From: Felis catus
Taxonomy: Eukaryota
NCBI RefSeq assembly: GCF_018350175.1
Contig: NC_058368.1
Coordinates: 196,046,001 to 196,110,000 of the forward strand
Length of the DNA stretch: 64,000 nucleotides
Reading direction: 5' to 3'
Shown in pieces: positions 12,698-52,613 of this stretch. The notes under the pieces are model-generated. The model had not been told where the DNA came from, ran no database searches, and saw only the letters and a list, made by a program, of their open reading frames with translations. The translations under genes and the position numbers were made by a program. How positions within the stretch are numbered: the first letter of the stretch is position 1; each line of letters begins with the position of its first letter.

Positions 12698-13756
12698 ACA
12701 CAGTGCGACCCCAGCACCCAGGGTATAAACTCTGGCACCAAGAAAAAAACAAAATATTAAAATACTTTAGCTTCTTAGTATTTGGGAGGGGGTTAAGGGG
12801 GTCTCTAGGAGCCCTTGGCCACAGGTAGCTGGGGCAAAGCCATGGACAGCAGTCTCACCCACTCTGCCCAGTGTCTGCCAGGGGCCAAGGTTGGGTGGGC
12901 GTGGGGACAGCATATGTACATTGGGACATGTATACTGGCAGACTCCTGAACCGCCTCAGTCTTTTACCACAGGAAACACCACACGTCATATCCCAGGGTG
13001 AGGAACAGGGGTAGGGAGGCCTGGGTCTCTGGGTCCAAATGGCATGGCGGTGCCCCGGGGTCCTGAAGAAGGCCCCAAGGACTGGGTGGATACTGTAGGG
13101 ATCAGCGATCCTTTACCCAAAAGGGAAGGTGAGATGTGAAAGTATTAACCAGAATGTGTGAGGAGGTCCAGAGTTCTCTTGAGGTGGCCACCCCCACATC
13201 CAGCCTAGTGACTCTGGGTGCCCCGCTGACCCCTCTGAAGTGCCTGGCTCAAAACAGTCAGGGAAGCATCCAGTCTCTCTCCCTGGTTTGGCAAAAGGCC
13301 CGGCTGGGCTCTTCTCCCTATTGTCTGGAGGACGGGGAAAATAGGGCAGCTAATACTGAGGGGATACCCTGCCCGGAGCAGGGAGTGATGGGATGACGGG
13401 GAGGGTGTGGTTGGTAGAACACAGTGAGGGACAGAAAAGAGTCTCAAGGACTCCCTCCTACCAGGAAGTGGCCTCCCCCCAACAGGAAGTGGCCTCCCCA
13501 TGGAAGGCTGTGAACGGAACGGACCCCTGGTGGCTAAGGAGGTCCTGTAGGCCACAGACCCGGCACTGGATGCTCTCAAGTGCCTGCGGACCTGCCTGGG
13601 CTCTTCTCCTGGCCCTGCCTGGGCCTCAGCTGAGTATTGCTCATAAGTGCTTGGCCAGCCCGGGCCCAGCTCCCCACTCTGCAGGTCAGTCTGGCTCAGC
13701 ATGCGGCAGGCCGTCCAGGCCATCGCAAACGTTCAGTGTGGCTGAGGTGGCCGTGG

Positions 13757-40612
<26,856 letters not shown>

Positions 40613-40740
40613 TCACAGTCACTTAGCAAGCGCGGCCCTCAGTGGGCAGCAGGAGTGGGGGATCCGGGCCCCCGGCCCTTCCTCCCAGCCAGGGGCACAG
40701 TCCGCAGGCCGGTTGCGCTCCTTCCTTCCTCCGCGCGCCT

Positions 40741-40752
40741 TTATGTCACCAT
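40741..40752 (-). promoter_or_regulatory. uORF2 in NDST1 5'UTR, MVT*
   Basis: gccATGgtgacaTAA; strong Kozak context (G at -3, G at +4). Confidence 0.7.
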
Positions 40753-40800
40753 GGCAAACCCCCACGTGGTCCTGTGCACAGCAGAAGTGCCCCCAGGGCG

Positions 40801-40866
40801 TCAGGGCCTCCTGGGGGGGCTGGGCAGCGGGCCGAAGGACACGGGGCCGGCCTGGGGGTGCCGCAT
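40801..40866 (-). promoter_or_regulatory. uORF1 in NDST1 5'UTR, 21 aa (MRHPQAGPVSFGPLPSPPRRP*)
   Basis: ATG at 40866-40864 (ggcATGc), TGA at 40803-40801; out of frame with the main CDS. Confidence 0.65.
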
Positions 40867-42232
40867 GCCGCTCGCTCAGTGGGGCCCGCGGGGCCAAGGC
40901 TGTGGAGAGGAGAGGAGAGCCAGAGGTGAGAAGGCCGAGTGTGGGCTTTGGGCGTCCGCTGACTGTGGACACACAGGACCTGACCTAGGTAGGTCCAACT
41001 CAAGTGCTGCTGCCTAACCCGGCTCTATGATTTCACACAAGCTCTCTCTCGGCCTCAGTTTTCCTCTTTGTGAAACAGGGTTGACAATAGTACCTGCCTC
41101 ACAAGAGGCTCAGGGATTAGGTCCCTAATCCTAATGTGCATAATGCGCATAAATCACTGAGCAATACCAAGCATATGGTGTCCACAAGGGCGGTTGCTAT
41201 TTATTATAATTGCACGAGCCCAACACTAGAGCTAGCAAACTCCAGATGCAGGAAGGACAGAGTGAAACAAACATGTGCAAGGCCTGGGAGCCAGAGGTGG
41301 GGTTCTGAATCATGGCTGAACACCGCATCCTCACCCACACAGTGCTTCCCCACCCATTTCTCTGTCTGAATGGGCCTAGCAGCCTTATCAGGCAGCCAGA
41401 ACTTGGGGTTCCTGGGTCCCCCTCAGACCCATCCCCCGCCCAGAGCCTCCACCTGTATTAATCACACTGCAGAGTAAATGAAGACCACACACCCACACCC
41501 GGTAAACTAAGGCCCCAATTTCCTCATCCCAAACAGCAGCCCCTATACCACGGCCTTCCAGGCTCCCTTAAACATAGTGGAAGCAGCTACTGAAAGCTAG
41601 GAGGAGAGAGATGGGGATGGGACAGAGACAGAAGGTGTGAGGGTCTCAGCGGACACAGCCAGGGAGTGAATGTAAGCCTCAGACCTGCCCTAAGGGGTGA
41701 AGATCTTAAAAATCCCTCCCAGGCCCAAGATTACACGGTGCCCCGGGGGTGGGTCCAGCATACCAGAGACCAGACAACTGCACTTCTAGGAACTTATCCT
41801 AGAGGTTGTAATTTCAGAAGTGTGTAATGATTTCCCCACAAGAAGACAAATCCCAGTGCTATTTACAATAGCAAATGTCCAACAATAGGGGATTGCCCTT
41901 AGCAATTACAGCGCAAGCATTAGATAGAAGCCCAGGCAGCCACTTACAACATTTACAATATGTGGAAGAAAGACATTTACTGACGTACAAATATGGTTAC
42001 CACACATGTTGTTAAAGCAGAAAACACTTGTAAAACACTATACATGGTCATATTTCTGTTGAAAATTGTTATGCATAAGCCAGAAACTGGTACTAAATCC
42101 ATACAAACAAACAAACAAAAAGCCAAAATGTTAACAATGATTATCTCTGAATGATTTTTATTTTCTTCTCTGTTTCCTAATTTTTTTTATAATAATCACT
42201 TACTATTTTTGTGAAAATAAGAAAACACATGG

Positions 42233-42270
42233 TTTTATTTTTTTTTTTTAATTTTTTAATGTTTATTTTT

Positions 42271-42302
<32 letters not shown>

Positions 42303-42474
42303 CAGAGCATGAGCGGGGCAGGGGCAGAGAGAGAGGGAGACACAGAATCTGAAGCAGGCTCCAGGCTCTGAGCTGTCAGCACAGAGCCCAACGCAGGGCT
42401 CAAACTCGCGAACCGTGAGATCATGACCTGAGTCAAAGTTGGACGTTTAACCAACTGAGCCACACAGGTGCCCC
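42233..42474 (-). mobile_element. Can-SINE (SINEC_Fc-like)
   Basis: Reverse consensus; TSD agaaaacacatg. Confidence 0.93.
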
Positions 42475-42505
42475 AGAAAACACATGTTTTTAAAATATGT
42501 GCTCA

Positions 42506-42658
42506 GGGGCGCCTGGGTGGTCAGTTGAGTGACGGACTCTTGATTTTGGCTCAGGTCATGATCCCAGGGTTGTGGGGTTGAGGGCCACGTGGGGCTGCAT
42601 GCTGCTTGAGATTCTTTCTCCCTCTCCCTCTGCCCCTCCCCCCACTCTCACACACTCA

Positions 42659-42701
<43 letters not shown>

Positions 42702-42702
42702 A
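42506..42702 (+). mobile_element. Can-SINE with (TAAA)~11 tail
   Basis: ggggcgcctgggtgg head; TSD gtgctca. Confidence 0.88.
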
Positions 42703-44851
42703 GTGCTCATAAGCAAGAGGCAGGACTATGAAATGAGGACATGTCTAGGCCACCAGTGTTGCTCCCAGTTCTGCCAATCACATGCTGTGTGACCCAGAGC
42801 ATACCCTAACCCCTCTCTGGGCTTCCTGCCTGTTAGAGAGGAGCTTGGGCCAGACGTTCTCTGGGGGCTCTTCCACCTCTGATATTCATTCTTTAATTCA
42901 GTCCCAGTCCCTACTATATATCAGCACCACGGGGAACCCAAGGCAGCCAAGAAAATAGGTTCCTACAATGCAGGGGGACGAGTGTAATAGTGGGGGAAGG
43001 GTGTTTGAGAGAACTCAGGGACACTTAACGCCCCTTGAAGCGGAGGAGGAGGATCAAGGAAGGCTTCCTGGAAGAAGTGGTTCCTGAACTGACCAGAAGA
43101 ACAAGTACAGTAGACCAGGGGTAGGAATGGGGAGAAACGCATGCCTCTGCTTGGAGATAAGGGACTGTGCAAAGCTTTCCAGGGACTCCTTGCAATTCCA
43201 GCTGAGAGCAGAGCAAGAAGGAACAGGTCTCCTGGGCGGAGGCTGGAGGGCTGGGGTGACAGTCCTATTTATTTCCAGGTTGCAACTGCGTCCCTTTTCC
43301 CACTGATAAGGGCAGCTCTCTGCCCTGTGGCCACAGCTAGCCCCACCTCTTGGCTTGGAGCCAGCACAGTGGGTGGGGAGGTACAGCTGCCTGGGTGATG
43401 CCCTGCCTGCCTGCCTGCCACGCCTGGGGACACCTGCCCACTCCAGCCACCCAACCACACTTCCCCTGCAGGCCTAGGTGCTGTGGTCACTGCCTTGGTC
43501 TATTGTGTTAACAGACTTTCAGCGTACATATTAACAATGCAAGCAACAGTCTCAGGCATCTAGGGGTCATAGACCCCTGTAGGAATCTGACAACATTTTC
43601 CCATAAAAAATATGCATAGCTGCTGAAAAATCTTGTAACAGTTTCAAGGAGTCCAGACCCCATGTCCCCAAACCTGTCCCTGGACCTGAAGTCCTATGTT
43701 AAGAAAGCCTCATGGTTACACGCAGACTGGAGCTTCATTCACACCCAAGCTCAGTCGCCCAGCAGCTGTGTGATCTCGGGCAAGTTATTTAGCTTCTCCG
43801 TGCCCCCACTTTCCTAATCTGTAAAACAGCAAAGTTTAACACGCTCTCATGGTTGTGAAAATTACAGGAATCGATACACTGAAAGCACAGAGACCACGCC
43901 TGGCACACGGCACTGAATAAGGGTCAGCCGCTCTTACCAATCACTCCAGTTGCTTCCTCAATGTAGGCACAGTGTGGGTATAACTGAGCCCACAAAGCCT
44001 GAACAAGTCAGCTCCAATGCTCTCTCTCAAGTCTCTGACAGCCAGTCCTCGGAATCCCAAACCCCCATTTTCAGAGGCCCTGGCTTTTCCCTCGAGCCAG
44101 ATGGATGAGCAGGGGCCAGATGGTCAGAGGCCAGGAGGCCAGAGAGAAGGCATGGCAAAGCCCAGGCCCAGGAGAGGGCAAAGGGAGAAAGAGAGGGGGC
44201 CAACCAGCCCCTGTCCCCAGAGAGGCCAACTACTCTGGGGTGGGGGTGGGCAGAGGGCTAGATGCTTCGTGAGCCAAGTGCCAGCCACCAGCACACTGGT
44301 AAGAGGGGCCTCCAGCACTGTCCCCCACTGCAACCTTCTCAAAGGCCTGGCACCAGCCATTCAAAACCTTCCACACCCACCTGCATTCCAGAGCCCCTGT
44401 GGCTCAAGGGATGGAGAACTGGGGGCTTCTAATCCCCTTGGAGCCACCAAGTCCTTCAGGACAGCTGGGGGCTGAGGCCTCAATGCTCCCCCTGCTGCCC
44501 AGGGCCTGCTTGGGTCTTGCGGACATCACCAGTAGTTTTCCTAAACTCCAGCCTCGCCCAACCAGTCACCAATCTTGGTCATGCATCTAGGCCTTTGCTA
44601 ATGAAGTTCCCATTGCTGGAATGCCTCCCCCTCCCCCTTGGGACACTTACTCATCCTTCAAGACCCCGGTTCCAATGTCATCACTTCTCTTAAGTCATCC
44701 CTATCCACCACCCCCTTTCCTGCTCCCAAGTCCCATTCCTCAGGCTTTCACGGGCCCCATCCCCCTCCATAGTGCCGCACAGGAAAACCAGGACCCTCGG
44801 GCCAAGACAGGATGCAAATGTGCATTGTTTGGCTTGCACAGCTTTTTACTT

Positions 44852-45278
44852 ACTTCGGCTCAGACAGGTCAGAGCCTGGAACCTGCTTCGGATTCTGTCT
44901 CCCTCCCTCTCTGCCCCTCTCCCACCTGTGCTCACTCGCTCTCTCTCTCTCTCTCTCTCTCTCAAAAGTAAATAAATAAACTTAAAAAAAAAAGGGGGGG
45001 GCATGTTCAGGGGACCTGGGTGGCTGTCATTAAGCATCTGACTTCCGCTCAGGTCATGATCTCATGGTTGGTGAGTTCAAGTCCCACATCAGGTGAGCAC
45101 GAGCTCTGCTTTGGGTGAGTCCTGCTTCTGTCTGTCTGTCTGTCTCTCTCCCTGCATCTCTCTCTCTTTGCCCCTCCAGGGATTCTCTCTGCCCCTCACT
45201 CACTTGCACCCTCTATAAATGAATGAATGAATGAATGAATGAATGAATGAATGAATGCTTAAATAATAAAAATAAAAA
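44852..45278 (+). mobile_element. Two tandem Can-SINEs: a truncated/internally deleted copy (44852-44993) and a copy with a (GAAT)n tail (45010-45278)
   Basis: acttcggctcag joined directly to acaggtcagagcctggaacc; second head gggacctgggtggctg; TSD-like gca(t/c)gtt. Confidence 0.8.
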
Positions 45279-46300
45279 GAGCACGTTTGGCTGACACTGG
45301 GCACGCATCCCCAGAGGCCACCGTCAGCTGAGGTACGCATTCTCCAGTTAACACAGTCCCATAGTCGACCTCTTTCCTTCATTTGGCTTCCCGCCCAGTC
45401 TCTGGGTGCACCTGAGCGTGAGGTCCATGCAGAGGAGACTCCAGGTATTTCTATACACAACTCGGCACCCTGTAGGCTCCAGAACCCGGGGCAGGAGCAG
45501 GACTGACTGACCTCTGCAGGGGCAGAGGCCCTTCCTGACACCTGGCACATAGGCCCTCCACAAATACTAATTTCATTCCTTCTCCTTCCCCACATGCCTG
45601 GGTGCCCCAAAGGGCAGGGACAAGTCTGATTCATTGTGGAAGCCCCCACCACTCTCCCCAGGCCTAGGTTCCAATTGAATACTCAAGATATGAATGACTC
45701 ATAATGACCTGTTGTTACTCCTAATGTACAGATAAGGAGACTGAGGCTTCAAAGTGAAATGACTTGCCCCAGTCGCATAGGAAACCACTAAATCTTGACT
45801 CAAATGGGTTTCCTCCCTAACTTCAAATTTGGCCTTTCATTCCTCCATGAAACCCAGGGGCTTCTATAATAAAAATAATAACAACAATGATACCATTATA
45901 ATTATCACCATTGTTATTTTTACTGCTACCACATTTCAAACGTTTACCACAAGCCTGGCTGGTACTGTGTTTAGCACTTTTTACATACCATATCTCATTT
46001 AAGCCTTAAACTACTGTCATTATTTACATTTACAGTTGAGGGAAATGAGGCTCAGAGAGGTTACGTCACTTGCTCAAAATCACACAGCTAGTCCGTGGCA
46101 GAGCTGAAATTTGAAGCCAGACCCCAGGAGACAGAGGTGGCTCCAGAGCCTGCAGGGACATGTTAGCTGGGATGGGGAGAGCAGGAGGGGGCCTCGGCCA
46201 CTGAGGCCTCTAGCTCTTAGCCAGGCTCCCACTGTGCTCTCTCAGCCCCAGACCCAGCTCTCCCTGCCAAGGTGCTGGGGATAATGAATGAGATGCTCTG

Positions 46301-46354
46301 GTTGTCATGGAGATACCATGGCAACGCTGCACTTTCGGGAAATACCACGGTAAC
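46301..46354. promoter_or_regulatory. Cluster of three RFX X-box-like motifs in intron 1
   Basis: GTTGTCATGGAGAT, GATACCATGGCAAC and AATACCACGGTAAC vs GTTGCCATGGCAAC. Confidence 0.45.
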
Positions 46355-47973
46355 TGTGGCCACTGCTCTGGAGTTGAAAGTCACTCCCTACCCCACCCAC
46401 CCCCCTTTACTCCAAAATGCTCTGGTTCCCCCACAATCCTGTGTAGGACCTGGAGAGAAAGGAGGCAAAGGCCAAGGGCCTTCCAGAAACCAAGGTGTTT
46501 AGAATCAGGACTGGGGAGAGGGTCCGTCTCTGCCCTGGATGGGCAGGTCAACACCAGGAGTAGGACCAAGAACTCTCGGAGGCTGAGCGTCCTGTGCCTT
46601 TCATGGTGAAGCACACCTAATGACCCAGCCCTCACGTTTACCTGGCGCCTACTGTGTGCAGCAGACCTCCTGTGAAGGGCGGCACGTGTCATTCTGTGAG
46701 GTGGCCATGCACCAGCTGCTAGCATTACAGTTAAGGGCTTAGACTAGAGCCAGCCTGCCTGAGCTTGAATCTTGCGTCCATTATTTACTAGCCTTGTGAT
46801 CTTTGAGCAAATCCCTCAACCTCTCTGAGACTTGGTTTCCCCAAGTGTAAAACAGGCTTTAATATTCGCAGGGCTGCTGCCCAGACTCAAAGAGATGACG
46901 TGTGCAAAACAGTGCAGGGCCCGGCACACGGCGATATAGGCTAGTAAAATGATTAGCCATTTAACAGATTTGGAAACTGAGGCTCAGGAAGCAACTGGCC
47001 CAGGGCCACCTACCAAATTCACAGTGGATCCAGAAGGAGAAGAAACGGCATCAGGTTTGGGAGGACATTGGAAGTGGGGCACAAGCAGATGGCCCATTCC
47101 CTGTCCCCTCGTTGTACTTACAGAGCACCGAGAATGGCACCGGGCACTGGGAAGTAGGCTTTACCAAACCCAAGGTTTTAGGTTTCTGGTGTGAAGCTGC
47201 TGCAGGGTAAAATGCAGGAAGGTCCCTGCAGCCCCGGGTGCTCACCGAGCCCAGCTTTTATTTCCCGCCTGGGTCATTCCTGACACCCTCCCCAGATGCC
47301 CCATACTCCTATGCATATAGACGCACGGGCAAACTCACACGGTGCCGACACGTTCAAATGGTGTCGTCGCAGCCATCTGGGCCACAGGCACAAGTACGGG
47401 GTGGGGAGCTGAAGGAGGTGCAGGAAGAGCCCCGCAAACAGCCTCAGAAGTATGTGAATGGGCACCCGGGCCTGGGGGAGGAGGGCTGGCTGCAGGCCCG
47501 GGCAGTGGCAGCCCCACAGGCAATCCCAGGGCCACTCCCCACAGCTGACCCAGCCCCTCCCGGCCTGTCCCACCCCCAGCACAATCACACCCACCACCCA
47601 CCACCCGGCCACACCCCGAAGCCGCCCAGCTCCACTAGCCACCCGGCCTCAGCCTGCCCCACCCACCACGCACAGTGCAGCACAGAAAATCCTCCACATT
47701 TGCTTCCCAGCTGTGCAGGAGTTTCTCCAGCCCAATTACACCCCTGGGAGGCCGAACCAGAAGCAAATCCCTTCCTCTGCTGGAATTCGCTGCACACCCC
47801 ATCCCCCACAGGCCCGCAGTGCCGCCTGGCCGAGGGCCCAGCCGCTGCCCATCAGTCACCCCGGAGTCCGGAGTCCGGGGCCACCACCAAGGGACTGTCG
47901 GCAGTCTGGCTCAGAGCCTCGGGGCTGCAGTGTGGAGTCCACCCCGCGGTGAGCACATGGGGACACTGAGATC

Positions 47974-47975
<2 letters not shown>

Positions 47976-48014
<39 letters not shown>
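47976..48014 (+). repeat. (GA)~19 microsatellite
   Basis: Direct reading. Confidence 0.95.
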
Positions 48015-48015
<1 letters not shown>

Positions 48016-51000
48016 AAGCAAAGGATCCCCTGCCCCCACGCCCACCTACCTTGACCCATTTTCTTGTCCACTAAAAGCCTGCCCATCCTCCTCCAAGGCC
48101 AGCTGTGGCTTTCAAAGTCCTAGATGAGCTCTCCTGCTCTGTGTCCCATCATGCAGCGCTGGATGCGTGCCGCCAGATGCCAGGGCCTCTCGGGACTGGA
48201 ACACTGGTCCCCCAACCTCACCAAAAGCTCTCCAAAGCAGACGTGGTCTCCTACCCACGGTAGGTGCTCAAGAAAGATGTGCCCTTGCCAATTACCTTCC
48301 CCTTTGGGGATCCGAGCTAAATGCATCAATGCTAGGAACTCTCATTTACTGGACACAATATGCTGGTATGACACGCTCATTTAACCCTTACCGCAGCACT
48401 GTGACCTATCTTCCCCTCATTTTACAGATGGGGGCAGTGAGGCCCAGAGGGGGCGTGCGACTTGCCCCAGCCCACAGAGCTAACGAGTGGGTGACAAGGA
48501 TCTCGCACAGGCCACCAGCTCCAGAGCCTGTGATCCTCAGCTGTCAGCGACACGGGTCCCCTGTGTTCGCCCGGGACGGCTACCACACTCTACCGCTCTG
48601 GACATCCTATTCTCTGCTCCCTTTGAATGGTGCTCTGTCTGTCTTTGTTTTCATCCATTTTATGCGTGTTTTAACATCAAAAGCAGCCTCTCACGATCTG
48701 TCTTGGAGGAAGACCCACAAATCAGCCATCAATCAACAAGCAAACAAAGCATTCCCTGCTGGTTCACTCCCAGGTTCCTAACCTGGGATTTGTTCTGGGT
48801 TCCCCAGCAGGGAATGCTCAACAAAAAAACCTCAGGAACTTAGACCCTACTTGTTGAGAAGCTGTCTTTCCTCCAACAGGCCCAGAGTGGAGAGTTTACC
48901 TATGCACTAGCTCTGAAGAAAGGGTTTAGCAAGCAAACAAACAAGACAGCCTGTGGGGAGGGGCGGAGTCAGGAACAAGACAGGTCAGGACCAGCTGCCC
49001 CCCAGTCCCACCAAAGCTCCTAACAGACCAAGACGGGGAGGCCCATCACAGGGCATGCTCTTCACTAGCCCATGAAGCTTCCCCAAATAGGGCTCTCTCC
49101 ACCCAACCCCCAAATCCATCGATGACAGAGTCGAATCCATTCCTATTTTTCTTAGGCTCAGATCATAGGCATTCAAAAGGAATGGAATGATAGTTCCCTG
49201 CAAATCTCATAACCTCCCTGCCGGACGGCAGCCAGCACTGGCTGAGCTCCTGATAACTCATCAGCCCCACACTGGGTCAGTGCTGAGAGCCTGCTCTGAT
49301 CTGTCACACCCAATCCTCACACCCAGAGAGGTGGGGTCACTGATATGTGCACTTTACAGATGAGGAAACCTAGGCTCAGAGAGGGTAAGCAACCGACTGA
49401 AAGTCACCCAGCTAGGCAGAGGCAGAGCTTAGGATGACCCTGGGCCAGTCCTCCAAGGTGGGCTATTTGTAACCCATAGACAGTCCTTATGCTCAGCATT
49501 CCACACCATTCTTGAGTGAGGTCCGTGGCCTAGAGCATGTCCAGAGAGAGGTTTCCTGCCGATGACCCATCCCAGCTGCCTAAACACAGGCTGACCCAAT
49601 TTCTTCAGGAATGGGAAAGTCTTCACTGGCAGAGTAGGACACCACAGGTTCCCAGAAAGGCAAGACCTCGGCCAGAGGGTCCTCACCTTCCCCTGCCCCA
49701 GGGGCCTCGGTCATCTCTGACAAGCAGGTGTCCATGTTAGAAAGGGGGCCGCCTCCCTGGCCCAGGCAGCAGCCTCAAGTGAAGGAAGAAGAGACGAAGG
49801 AGTGAGGGTAAGAAGAAGTAGGACATCTCAACTTCGAGGGCCAACTCGAAGGAAAATGGTGACCAGCATGCCTCACGGGTCTGTGGCACACCAGGTACTA
49901 CCATGACCCCATTTATTTGTCATTTTCTCCCAGTGACGTAGAAACAAGTTTATCATGCCCTGAACCTCCCCACCCCCATCTGCCACCCCTGCAGAGGAGC
50001 CAGGCAAGGCTGGTCAGTCCCAGCCCCTGTCCTTCCACGGGTCCACCCCAGGTCACCAGATGCCCCCTGAGAGATTCCATAAAGCAGGTGTACTGTTAGG
50101 CGGTGGGGAGCGCTCCATCTCATGGGTACAGAAGCCAAAACCCATGTGGGCCTGGGGTCCACATCAGCATCCCAGCCCCGCCACTCGCTCCGTAGGTGCC
50201 CCTGGGCAAGACCCTTCCCTTCTCCTCACCTCTGTTTCCTCTACTAGACAACGAGGGGTGTGCACTAGATCGGAAGTTTGTGACCTCCTGGGTTACAGAA
50301 CCCTTCCAGAATCTATGAAAGCTGTTAGAGGGCTCTCCCCAGACAGATACTGCATTCCAAACAAATGCAGGGTGGCTGTGACCGCTCCCCCATCCCCCAC
50401 CCCCCCACCCCCGACACACACACGACAAATAAGAACAGGGGAGCTGCCCAGGAGTCCTGGCTTTGACATGTTGTGGCTTTCACAAGTGTAGACAAGACTG
50501 AGGCCATGAATGTGACCTCTCAGCGCCCTGGGACCTCGCCATTCCTGCTCCCCCCAATGGCCCTGCAGTAATCTTTAACTCTTGGACCTGTTGGCTTCCG
50601 TGGGTTCACAGGATCGCCGAGCTATCAAGAGAAACAGCCCTTCCTTCCTACCCTTCGGCCACTACCTCCTTCTCCTCCAACAGGAATCTGCCAGGTCAGC
50701 CCCGAGCCGTCTCTCTGGGGCTGCCCCAGGGGCTGAGACACTTCAGGAACCCGCTCCTGGTCCTAAATGCAGACAGGACCCAGGGCCAGGCTTGGGGCCA
50801 GGCTGTCCCACTCCCTGCATGCCCGGGCCCCTCCTGCATGGCTGTGAACATGCCCACACTACTGGTGCACACACATCCAGACAGACCTGGGAGGACTGGA
50901 CAGAAGGGAGGGGCCTAGGGGCTGTGGTCAGAGGGTAAGGGAAGGCCGGGGAGAGAATGACAAGACCCACCAGACCTCCAGGCAGCAGCGCTGGGCTCGG

Positions 51001-52613
51001 CTTCCCTTCACTGCGTCCTCTTAATGGCTGCACGCTCCTCACTTGACGAGGCCGCACCTAATCCCAGAGCTAGGACAAATGGCATTACTCTCAGCCAGTC
51101 CCCTCCCTGGGAGGGAGGGAGGGAAAGAGGGAGGGAGTGGTGGCTCTAGGGCACCCTGAGCCACCAACCATGTTCCGGAAGCCTCCAGGCCCCTCACCAC
51201 CAGGTTCCTTGCCAGAGGCCACCGGCCCCTCCCTCCTGGACCTCAGGAAGAGGATGTCCTGCTTGCTTCTGCCCCACACTCAGGGGCCCCACAACAGGCA
51301 GAGGCCCCAGCCAGGAGGCACCTTCCATGGAGGAGGAGAAAGCGCGTCCCTGGCCCTCATGCTGATGGGCCCTCCAGACACTCTCATGAAAGGTGCAGCC
51401 GGCAGCGGAGGAACCCGCGCTGGCCGCAAGGAAATCTGCACTATGGCTACAGCTCCACCTGACTTCCTACGTGAAGCAACAGCCTTCCCCCTCCAGACCT
51501 GCTTCCCCACCTGTCCTGAAAAGAACAGGAAGTAGGCCCGATATGATGACATGATATCCGCTCAGCTATCTGGGCCCGCGGGTGGTGACACTGGCTTCTG
51601 GGCCCTGCCCCCATCCCGACTCAGCTGCGGGGTCCTTCCCACTGTCCGCCCAGCAGAGGAGGAAGAAGGGTAACTGCCAGAGTGTGGAAGGCGTAGAATC
51701 CAGGCCAGCGCGTTGAGGTGTTAGGTGAAAGGGCCTTACGTAGCCCAGGGAGGAGAAGCAACATGGCCACGGTCACACAGGCAGCTGGAAAAGGGCCAGG
51801 CTAGCCTGGCTTTACTCTTCAGCAGTAAACACGTAGGACTGTCCACATGCAGGAGTAGCTGCCTTTTTAGAGGACGTCAAGGAGAGCACAAGGCAACGTG
51901 CTAATGGCAGAATTCCAGGCCCTGAGAGTCAGGGTAGGAAAAAAAAAAAGATGGAGTTTTTGTATGCGTGGGCCCAGGGACAGAGACTGGGCTAATTGTC
52001 CAAGTCCCCTCATGTCACGTCATAAGGGTGGCCCAGGACCACCTTCCGGGGCCTGGATAAATCCTAAGAACTCCTGCAGGGATTAGCGGCCTTGGCTACC
52101 TCTTAACAGCCACCTGAGGACTAGCCGACAGGCCCACTGGTGGTGATGGGGCCACCGGCCCAGATGGATGTCCCAAGACTAGGCTGCCCACAAGACAGGA
52201 AAGCCTTAGGGAGACTGAAAAAGTTCCAGGCCCTGTGGCCAGCGCAGAGGGAAGCCAGATGCGCTGGGAGCAACAAAGAGGAAGGGTAAGCTTCGAGTCA
52301 CTTAGAGCCACAGAAGCTCCCTAATCTCCTGGAGGCCTGGTGGGCACAGCACGGGCCTGCTGAGACCCAGGAGGCTTTCCTCAAGGCACACATGAAAGTG
52401 GCCTCATCTCTCTAGATGTGCTGGGGCTTGTCGCCACGACAGGGGCCTGCCACCAACACGCATTGAGTGTGAGGGCCTCAACATGCTTACATGGAGGCAC
52501 AGCTGGCAGGGGAAGGGGTAGGAGGTGGTGGGAGGCAGGGAGGAGGGCCTCACTTTCTCTGGAACACAGAAACTAGAGAGCATAGAGTGAAAAGTATCCG
52601 GTGACCTACTTAC

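Larger units (their letters stand above)
8760..13756 (-). other. NDST1: NDST1 long 3'UTR (~5 kb; 3' end approximate)
   Basis: Runs from the stop codon to an AATAAA with a GU-rich downstream element; free of Can-SINEs, unlike the flanking sequence. Confidence 0.7.

Noticed and set aside
47238..48781. 243-aa and 204-aa plus-strand ORFs in intron 1
   Set aside because: Low-complexity C-rich or MIR-overlapping, non-ATG or weak starts, no recognisable homology
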